Assembly: GCA_002269645.1 (NCBI GenBank)
Contig: NIVC01000750.1
Coordinates: 62,001-126,000, forward strand
Direction: 5' to 3'
Source of the DNA: Macrostomum lignano
Taxonomy: Eukaryota
DNA length: 64,000 nucleotides
Shown here: positions 53,891 to 64,000 of the stretch, in pieces
Layout of the letters: the number at the start of each line of letters is the position of its first letter
Numbering within the stretch: the first letter of the stretch is position 1
Notes under the pieces: model-generated
Database searches by the model: none
What the model saw: only the letters and a program-made list of their open reading frames with translations
Told to the model about the DNA's origin: nothing
Program-made: the position numbers and the translations under genes

Positions 53891-56800
53891 TCACACTGCA
53901 GTCATGGCCAGGCCTGTGGCCTCCCCAGCCTCCTCGGCCTGCACCATGGTGCACCTGGCGCCACTGACCGCCCGCGCAAGCAGGTCCGCCTGGCCGCGAA
54001 GCACGCGGACGTTCCAAGCGAAACTGTCGGCAATTTTGGCCACCTTGCGCGGCTTATAGCCGGCCGATGAGCACATGGGTGCCAAATCGTCGTAGAACTG
54101 CATGCAGGCGGCCTCGCAGTCTTGCAGTCGGGTGTGCATGCCCGGCCCGAGCTGCATCAGCTTCTTGCTCTCCGTAACCAGCTGCAATTGTTTTAGAGAA
54201 AATTAAATTAGTACAAGGTGTTTATGTCACAAAACAAATTACACATGCAATATTCGTATCTTGCCTACTTTTAAGTAGTACAGTTTGAATTTTTACTCAA
54301 AAGAAATTAAGCAATCAATAATTCTCATTTTGCCTACCTAAAAGTAGGCAGTTTGAATTTTTACACAAATTCAATTGCGCAATCAATTCCCATTTTGCCT
54401 GCTTGTAACTAGTGCATTTTGAATTTTACACAAATTAAATTGCACAATCAATATTCCCATTTTGTGTATTTGTAAGTTAAGTAGTGCAGTTTGAATTTTT
54501 ACACAAATTAAATTACGCAACCAATATTCTCAATTTGACTACTTAAAAGTAGTGCATTTTGAATTTTTGCACAAATTATATTTCGCCATCCCCCTTTGCT
54601 TACTTATTAGTAGTTCACTAAGAATTTGATGCTATTGCGTCAAACGAACTCAAATAAACACACCAACCTGCTCAAACGCGACTAGAGATTTTTTCAACGG
54701 TTCAGGCAGCGGCACCAGCGCTTCCAGACAGGGGCAGCTGGCCTTGCAGATCATTCGGAGACCGACAGCCTGCGGGCCTGAAGTGGCTGTTGAGTCTGAG
54801 CCAGCAGCAGCAGAAGCCCCAGATGAGGCGGCAGCGGCGCAGCTGCTGGCTCTGGCGGCCATGACCCTGACGCACTGCTTCACATTGGCGATGTGCGACA
54901 GGCCGCAGGCGTCCTGCAGCCCGGCCAGCGCCCTGTCGAATCCCTCGCGCAGTCCAGCCGCCTCGCGCAGTGTCGGCAGAGCCGCTTTAAACGCGTCGTC
55001 GATGTCGCGAAATCCGGTCGGCCGGAGTCGCGGATAGCCGCCGCCGGACCCGATGGACTCGACTCGATCGCCGCTGTCGCCGCCGCCGCCGCCTCCGCCG
55101 TCGCTGCCGCTGCTGCTGGTGCGCGCTTTTAAATTAGGTTCCAAAGAGGAGCCGACGTTGAAATTTGTTGAATTTGAAGATTTCTTGTTCGAGGAGGCGA
55201 AGCTTCGTTTGCCAAGCCGGCCACCGCCGTGCCGGTTCGTCACGGCCACGTGCAGGAACAGGTGCGCCTCCGGCAGCGGCTCGCCGTCGCTGTCTAGCAG
55301 GCGGACGTGTCGATAGCCTGACAACGATTAAAAAAGTTGTAATTTAGGTTGCAATTTGCTTTGATTGCTACTGACCTAATTTTCAGTACGATATTCAGGA
55401 TTTTATTTCAAATTTATTGAAAATATTCATCTGAAGAAGAAAATTACAAAATAAATTGTAAAACTTTTTCGTTTCAGCAGGATAGACTAGCAATCCATTC
55501 TGATAGGATAGATTAGCAATCCATTCTGATAGGATAGATTAGCAATCCATTCTGATAGGATAGATTAGCAATCCATTCTGAAAGGATAGATTAGCAATCC
55601 ATTCTGAAAGGATAGATTAGCAATCCATTCTGATAGGATAGATTAGCAATCCATTCTGAAAGACTAGATTAGCAATCCATTCTGATAGGATAGATTAGCA
55701 ATCCATTCTGAAAGGATAGACTAGCAATCCATTCTGAAAGGATAGATTAGCAATCCATTCTGATAGGATAGACTAGCAATCCATTCTGATAGACTAGACT
55801 AGCAATCCATTCTGATAGGATAGATTAGAAATCCATTCTGAAAGGATAGATTAGCAATCCATTCTGATAGGATAGATTAGCAATCCATTCTGATAGACTA
55901 GACTAGCAATCCATTCTGATAGGATAGATTAGCAATCCATTCTGAAAGAATAGATTAGCAATCCATTCTGATAGGATAGATTAGCAATCCATTCTGAAAG
56001 GATAGACTAGCAATCCATTCTGAAAGGATAGACTAGCAATCCATTCTGAAAGGATAGATTAGCAATCCATTCTGATAGGATAGATTAGCAATCCATTCTG
56101 ATAGGATAAACTAGAAATCCATTCTGATAGGATAGACTAGCAATCCATTCTGATAGGATAGATTAGCAATCCATTCTGAAAGGATACATTAGCAATCCAT
56201 TCTGATAGGATAGATTAGCAATCCATTCTGATAGGATAGATTAGCAATCCATTCTGATAGGATAGATTAGCAATCCATTCTGATAGGATAGATTAGCAAT
56301 CCATTCTGATAGGATAGATTAGCAATCCATTCTGATAGGCTAGATTAGCTATCCATTCTGAAAGGATAGACTAGCAATCCATTCTGAAAGGATAGATTAG
56401 CAATCCATTCTGAAAGGATAGACTAGCAATCCATTCTGAAAGGATAGATTAGCAATCCATTCTGAAAGGATAGATTAGCAATCCATTCTGAAAGGATAGA
56501 TTAGCAATCCATTCTGAAAGGATAGACTAGCAATCCATTCTGATAGGATAGACTAGCAATCCATTCTGATAGGATAGATTAGCAATCCATTCTGAAAGGA
56601 TAGATTAGCAATCCATTCTGAAAGGATAGACTAGCAATCCATTCTGAAAGGATAGATTAGCAATCCATTCTGAAAGGATAGATTAGCAATCCATTCTGAA
56701 AGGATAGATTAGCAATCCATTCTGAAAGGATAGACTAGCAATCCATTCTGATAGGATAGATTAGCAATCCATTCTGATAGGATAGATTAGCAATCCATTC

Positions 56801-59800
56801 TGATAGACTAGACTAGCAATCCATTCTGATAGGATAGATTAGAAATCCATTCTGAAAGGATAGATTAGCAATCCATTCTGATAGGATAGATTAGCAATCC
56901 ATTCTGAAAGAATAGATTATCAATCCATTCTGATAGGATAGATTAGCAATCCATTCTGAAAGAATAGATTAGCAATCCATTCTGAAAGGATAGATTAGCA
57001 ATCCATTCTGATAGGATAGATTAGCAATCCATTCTGATAGACTAGATTAGCAATCCATTCTGATAGGATAGATTAGAAATCCATTCTGATAGACTAGACT
57101 AGCAATCCATTCTGATAGGATAGATTAGCAATCCATTCTGATAGGATATATTAGCAATCCATTCTGATAGGATAGATTAGCAATCCATTCTGATAGGATA
57201 GATTAGCAATCCATTCTGATAGACTAGACTAGCAATCCATTCTGATAGGATAGATTAGCAATCCATTCTGATAGGATAGATTAGCAATCCATTCTGATAG
57301 GATAGATTAGCAATCCATTCTGATAGACTAGACTAGCAATCCATTCTGATAGGATAGATTAGAAGTCCATTCTGAAAGGATAGATTAGCAATCCATTCTG
57401 AAAGGATAGATTAGCAATCCATTCTGATAGGATAGATTAGCAATCCATTCTGAAAGAATAGATTAGCAATCCATTCTGATAGGATAGATTAGCAATCCAT
57501 TCTGAAAGGATAGATTAGCAATCCATTCTGATAGGATAGATTAGCAATCCATTCTGATAGGATAGATTAGCAATCCATTCTGATAGGATAGATTAGCAAT
57601 CCATTCTGAAAGAATAGATTAGCAATCCATTCTGATAGGATAGATTAGCAATCCATTCTGATAGGATAGATTAGCAATCCATTCTGATAGGATAGATTAG
57701 CAATCCATTCTGAAAGAATAGATTAGCAATCCATTCTGATAGGATAGATTAGCAATCCATTCTGAAAGGATAGATTAGCAATCCATTCTGAAAGGATAGA
57801 TTAGCAATCCATTCCGAAAGGATAGATTAGCAATCCATTCTGAAAGGATAGATTAGCAATCCATTCTGATAGGATAGATTAGCAATCCATTCTGATAGGA
57901 TAGATTAGCAATCCATTCTGATAGGATAGATTAGCAATCCATTCTGATAGACTAGACTAGCAATCCATTCTGATAGGATAGATTAGCAATCCATTCTGAT
58001 AGGATAGATTAGCAATCCATTCTGATAGGATAGATTAGCAATCCATTCTGAAAGGATAGATTAGCAATCCATTCTGATAGGATAGACTAGCAATCCATTC
58101 TGATAGGATAGATTAGCAATCCATTCTGATAGGATAGATTAGCAATCCATTCTGATAGGATAGATTAGCAATCCATTCTGATAGGATAGATTAGCAATCC
58201 ATTCTGATAGGATAGACTAGCAATCCATTCTGATAGGATAGATTAGCAATCCATTCTGATAGGATAGATTAGCAATCCATTCTGATAGGATAGACTAGCA
58301 ATCCATTCTGAAAGGATAGATTAGCAATCCATTCTGAAAGGATAGATTAGCAATCCATTCTGAAAGGATAGACTAGCAATCCATTCTGAAAGGATAGATT
58401 AGCAATCCATTCTGAAAGGATAGATTAGCAATCCATTCTGAAAGGATAGATTAGCAATCCATTCTGAAAGGATACATTAGCAATCCATTCTGAAAGGATA
58501 GATTAAAAATCCATTCTGAAAGGATAGATTAGCAATCCATTCTGATAGGATAGATTAGCAATCCATTCTGAAAGGATAGATTAGCAATCCATTCTGAAAG
58601 GATAGACTAGCAATCCATTCTGATAGGATAGACTAGCAATCCATTCTGATAGGATAGACTAGCAATCTATTCTGAAAGGATAGATTAGCAATCCATTCTG
58701 AAAGAATAGATTAGCAATTCATTCTGAAAGGATAGATTAGCAATCCATTCTGAAAGGATAGATTAGCAATCCATTCTGATAGGATAGATTAGCAATCCAT
58801 TCTGAAAGGATAGATTAGCAATCCATTCTGATAGGATAGACTAGCAATCCATTCTGAAAGGATAGATTAGCAATCCATTCTGAAAGGATAGATTAGCAAT
58901 CCATTCTGATAGGATAGATTAGCAATCCATTCTGATAGGATAGATTAGCAATCCATTCTGAAAGGATAGATTAGCAATCCATTCTGAAAGGATAGATTAG
59001 CAATCCATTCTGAAAGGATAGATTAGCAATCCATTCTGAAAGAATAGATTAGCAATCCATTCTGATAGGCTAGATTATCAATCCATTCTGAAAGTGTTTT
59101 GAAAGTGCCAATTTCTTCAAGTAAAGCCGATCTGAGCAAGGAGAGTCAAATCCATTAAAGCTTTTCTAATTCAGTAATTGCAACAATGTCGAGTGCCCAC
59201 TTGGCTTCAGTCTTCAGCCATTCGGCTTACAGGACCCGCCTATTAATAGTAGGACACTTGACTAACGAGATTGATTAATTATAACCATTACAACTGAATC
59301 GAAGGGAATTGTAGGCAAAAATTACAGTCAGAGCCTGGCACTGGAGCCGGCAACTCCATCAAGTGGAAGAATGTAGGTAGGCAACCTTCGAGTCGGGGTG
59401 AGGAACCCTGGGAATTGTAGCTTTAGTTATCAGCATCAGCGTGAAAAGGCTGAGGGTGCGAACAGGCAGACAGGCAGACATACACAGACAGACAGACACT
59501 AAGACAGACAGACACTAAGACAAGACAGACACTAAGACAGGCAGACACTAAGACAAGACAGACACTAAGACAGGCAGACACTAAGACAGGCAGACACTAA
59601 GACAGGCAGACACTAAGACAAGACAGACACTAAGACAGGCAGACACTAAGACAAGACAGACACTAAGACAGGCAGACACTAAGACAGGCAGACACTAAGA
59701 CAGGCAGACACTAAGACAAGACAGACAGACAGACAGACAGACACTAAGATTGGCAGACACTAAGACAAGACAGACACTAAGACAGGCAGACACTAAGACA

Positions 59801-60098
59801 AGACAGACACTAAGACAGGCAGACACTAAGACAGGCAGACACTAAGACAGGCAGACACTAAGACAAGACAGACACTAAGACAGGCAGACACTAAGACAAG
59901 ACAGACACTAAGACAGGCAGACACTAAGACAGGCAGACACTAAGACAGGCAGACACTAAGACAAGACAGACAGACAGACAGACAGACACTAAGATTGGCA
60001 GACACTAAGACAAGACAGACACTAAGACAGGCAGACACTAAGACAGACAGACAAAGACAGACAGACAGACAGACAGACAGGCACTAAGACAGACAGAC

Positions 60099-60157
<59 letters not shown>

Positions 60158-60260
60158 CTAAAACAGACAGACAGACAGACAGACAGACAGACCGACAAAA
60201 AGACAGACAGACAGACCGACAAAAAGACAGACAGACAGACAGACAGACACTAATACAGAC

Positions 60261-60327
<67 letters not shown>

Positions 60328-60741
60328 CTAAGACAGACACTAAGACAGACAGACACTAAGACAAGACAGACACCAAGACAGGCAGACACTAAGACAAGAC
60401 AGACACTAAGACAAGACAGACACTAAGACAAGACAGACACTAAGACAGGCAGACACTAAGACAAGACAGACACTAAGACAGGCAGACACTAAGACAAGAC
60501 AGACAGACAGGCAGACACTAAGACAGGCAGACACTAAGACAAGACAGACACTAAGACAGGCAGACACTAAGACAGACAGACAAAGACAGACAGACAGACA
60601 GACAGACAGGCACTAAGACAAGACAGACACTAAGACAGGCAGACACTAAGACAGACAGACAAAGACAGACAGACAGACAGACAGACAGGCACTAAGACAA
60701 GACAGACACTAAGACAGGCAGACACTAAGACAGACAGGCAA

Positions 60742-60810
<69 letters not shown>

Positions 60811-60838
60811 CTACGACAGACAGACAGACAGAGACTAC

Positions 60839-60886
<48 letters not shown>

Positions 60887-60981
60887 CTACGACAGACAGA
60901 CAGACAGACAGACAGAGACTACGACAGACGGACAGACAGACACTAAAACAGACAGACAGACAGACAGACAGACCGACAAAA

Positions 60982-61017
<36 letters not shown>

Positions 61018-61061
61018 CGACAAAAAGACAGACAGACAGACAGACAGACACTAATACAGAC

Positions 61062-61120
<59 letters not shown>

Positions 61121-61167
61121 CTACGACAGACAGACAGACACTAAAACAGACAGACAGACCGACAGAA

Positions 61168-61204
<37 letters not shown>

Positions 61205-61209
61205 CTAAT

Positions 61210-61264
<55 letters not shown>

Positions 61265-61411
61265 CTAAGACAGACAGACAGACAGACAGACAGACGGACA
61301 GACAGACAGACACTACGACAGACAGACAGACAGACAGACAGACAGAGACTACGACAGACAGACAGACAGACACTAAAACAGACAGACAGACAGACAGACA
61401 GACCGACAAAA

Positions 61412-61443
<32 letters not shown>

Positions 61444-61523
61444 CGACAAAAAGACAGACAGACAGACAGACAGACACTACGACAGACAGACAGACACTAA
61501 AACAGACAGACAGACCGACAGAA

Positions 61524-61560
<37 letters not shown>

Positions 61561-61565
61561 CTAAT

Positions 61566-61648
<83 letters not shown>

Positions 61649-61731
61649 CTAAGACAGACAGACAGACAGACAGACAGACGGACAGACAGACATACACTAA
61701 GACAGACAGACAGACAGACAGACAGACACTA

Positions 61732-61790
<59 letters not shown>

Positions 61791-63372
61791 AACTAAGACA
61801 GACAGATAGACAGACAGCAATACGAGGCAACACAGCAAGCATAGCTCAATTCAGGTCATTAATTCCAATTCCAATTTGCCAAGCTGTGTCCAACACTTGC
61901 GTGCGCGTGACTTGAAAGCTGAGCAGGGAGAGAGAGTGACGGACTGCGGCAGACAGCAATTCGAACCCAAGCAGCGCCCGTGCTGCATGCATTGATCAGC
62001 TGTTGAAACCACAGCACAGATTTGCTACGCATGCATTGCACTCGCCCCAAACATTCATATATTCGTAGAATCTCACCTGAGACTGTCATCTACAGGATTT
62101 ACATGTAATCTCAACTGAGACTGTCATCTACAGGGACGGAATCTCACCTTAGATTGTCATCTACAGGGACAATCTCACTTGGGACTGTCATCTACATGGA
62201 CAATCTCACTTGGGACTGTCATCTACAGGGATAGAATCTCAACTGAGACTGTTATCTACAGGTTGTACATGTAATCTCAACTGAGACTGTCATCTACAGG
62301 GACGGAATCTCACCTTAGATTGTCATCTACAGGGACAATCTCACTTGGGACTGTCATCTACAGGGAAAATCTCACTTGGGACTGTCATCTACAGGGATAG
62401 AATCTCAACTGAGACTGTCATCTACAGGGATAGAATCTCACTTGAGACTGTTATCTACAGAGATAGAATCTCACATAAGACTGTTATCTACAGAGATAGA
62501 ATCTCACATAAGACTGTTATCTACAGAGATAGAATCTCACATAAGACTGTCATCTACAGGGACAGAATCTCACCTGAGACTGTCATCTACAGAGATAGAA
62601 TCTCACCAGAGGCTATCATGTACAGGTATAGAATCTCACCTGAGACTATTGTCTAGTTCTCAGTAATCAAACCCAGGTACTTGACGATTAAACAGGCGTA
62701 CTAACCGCAACCGACTCTGCTTAACTTTCGCCCGCCCCGCTCACCAGTCTGGATGCAGTCGAACGGAATCGTGAACTGGCCAATAAAGTCGTCACCGATT
62801 GCGTCATCGTCCAGCACCACGAGCCGCAGCAGGGCCAGCTCAGGCAGACTCACCCGGAACTCAAAGCACTCATCGAATACCGGATTATAGCCGTTGCCAT
62901 GCACCGTTTTCGTCCGCTCTTCAGAACAGTCAGCGGGCAGGCCGAACACTTCCACAACAACGCAGGGGTCGGTGACGTCGCCCTTAGCAACGGAGCCGCG
63001 CGGCTTTGGCAGCTGCGAGCCGCTGATGACGCGAATATGGAGGCTGTGCGGCGCCAAGTCCGAGCCGCCTCCGCCGCGCTGGGCGAGGAAGGCGAAAGTC
63101 TGGCGCATGGCGCCCGGCTTCAGCACGAAGCCGCAGGAGCCGTTCTTAGAAAACTGGCCCCGGTTTAAATCGGTCATGAGGCCGGGAGTCTGATGGTTGA
63201 GGCAGACCAGCTGACAGCCGCAGCTCCACATGTCCTGAGGGTTGTAGTTGCTGGAGTCCACCCGGATGGCGTTGGGCTGCACTTGCACTAGGCAGCGCCG
63301 GCTGTACTCCACCAGGCCGTCCATGTCCGACTGGGCCAGACGGAATGCGGCCGACTCGCTGATTGACCAAAC
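53891..63372 (-). CDS. PLCL: Phospholipase C-like protein (PLCL/PRIP), 3' part: Y box, C2 and C-terminal domain. Exons 63372-62745, 55317-54668, 54181-53891; 5' part outside the window.
   Basis: [43 protein letters not shown]; C2 [26 protein letters not shown]; GYRHV; ANVKQC; [16 protein letters not shown] (PLCL-typical). Phases consistent. Confidence 0.9.
55478..59095. repeat. 26-bp satellite (GGATAGATTAGCAATCCATTCTGA(T/A)A), about 139 copies, in a PLCL intron
   Basis: Period 26 measured at 55506/55532; very homogeneous. Confidence 0.97.
59465..61812. repeat. (GACA)n / AGACACTAAGAC compound micro/minisatellite
   Basis: Direct observation; source of the SVCL ORFs. Confidence 0.95.
62075..62650. 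repeat. ~33-bp minisatellite (GAGACTGTCATCTACAGGGATAGAATCTCACCT), about 17 copies
   Basis: Period 33 at 62401/62434; adjacent to the PLCL donor at 62745. Confidence 0.9.
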
Positions 63373-63524
63373 CTGCTGATGGAGCAGCTGGTGCTGCTGC
63401 TGGTGATGAGGCTGACGACGGGAGGCCGCCTGCGCCGAGTCGGATTCTGGGAATGAGGACAGGAGTAATTTTTGTTGGATTTTCCGAGCTCTGCAATTTG
63501 GATTTTCTTGGGGTTCCCCCGGGT

Positions 63525-63800
63525 TGGATTTCCTTTTGGCCTCCCGAGGTGGATTTCTTTGGGGTTCCCTGAGGTGAATTTCCTTGAGGTTTCCCGAGGT
63601 GGATTTCCTTGGGGGTTTCCCGAGGTGGATTTCCTTGAGGTTTCCCGAGGTGGATTTCCTTGGGGGTTTCCCGAGGTGGATTTCCTTGAGGTTTCCCGAG
63701 GTGGATTTCCTTGGGGGTTTCCCGAGGTGGATTTCCTTGAGGTTTCCCGAGGTGGATTTCCTTGGGGGTTTCCCGAAGTGGATTTCCTTGGGGTTTCGTA
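63525..63800. repeat. 51-bp (25+26) dimeric minisatellite (GAGGTGGATTTCCTTG..GTTTCCC)
   Basis: Gives the 17-aa periodicity in ORFs 63472 and 63584; intronic. Confidence 0.85.
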
Positions 63801-64000
63801 GGCGGACTTTATTGAGATTTTCCTACGTGGATTTTCTTGGGGTTTCACCCGGGGGTGGATTTCCATGGGGTTTTAGAGATTTCTTAGAAAATTATGAAAT
63901 TTCCTGAGGATTTTCCAAGATTTATTAATGACTTTTGGGATTTTCCAAGACTTCCATGGAATTGAAAAGGACTTTTCCCAGGATCTAGTTGAGAAAAAAA

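Noticed and set aside
60022-61838. (SVCL)n Cys-rich ORFs
   Set aside because: GACA microsatellite within the PLCL intron.

Overview
Repeat-rich animal genomic DNA, not prokaryotic: spliced genes with GC-rich exons and introns full of locus-specific tandem repeats. The style suggests a free-living flatworm such as Macrostomum (inference only). Gene models below were built by hand from splice sites and phase matching. Minus strand: a tandem MATH-domain gene (~1.3-3.0 kb); an SP-novel N-terminus-EGF-TSP1-TM gene (5.3-8.4 kb); an SP-C-type lectin-4 CCP-TM selectin-like gene (9.3-13.4 kb); two tandem ATD-containing ionotropic glutamate receptor-like genes (26.8-31.0 and 33.2-38.0 kb); and the 3' half of a PLC-like (PLCL/PRIP) gene (53.9-63.4 kb). 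Plus strand: a PDF-receptor-like class B GPCR (18.4-25.1 kb), a TFIIB-family BRF2-like gene (46.9-49.7 kb) and an 81-aa single-TM ORF (52.0-52.2 kb). Mobile elements: CORE-like tRNA SINEs, two intact MITEs with perfect TSDs, LINE remnants, a Helitron-like dimer, and a gypsy gag fragment bounded by terminal inverted repeats with a 5-bp TSD. Most notable: (1) the iGluR pair is a patchwork of ~97-98% identical and strongly diverged blocks, and both copies replace the SYTANLAAF gate motif; (2) the TIR-bounded gag element; (3) the BRF2-like gene has no visible ATG and no C-terminal anchor; (4) minisatellites built from a splice donor and from a Pol III A-box. No CRISPR array, rRNA or true tRNA gene is supported. 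Long repeat-derived ORFs are artefacts.
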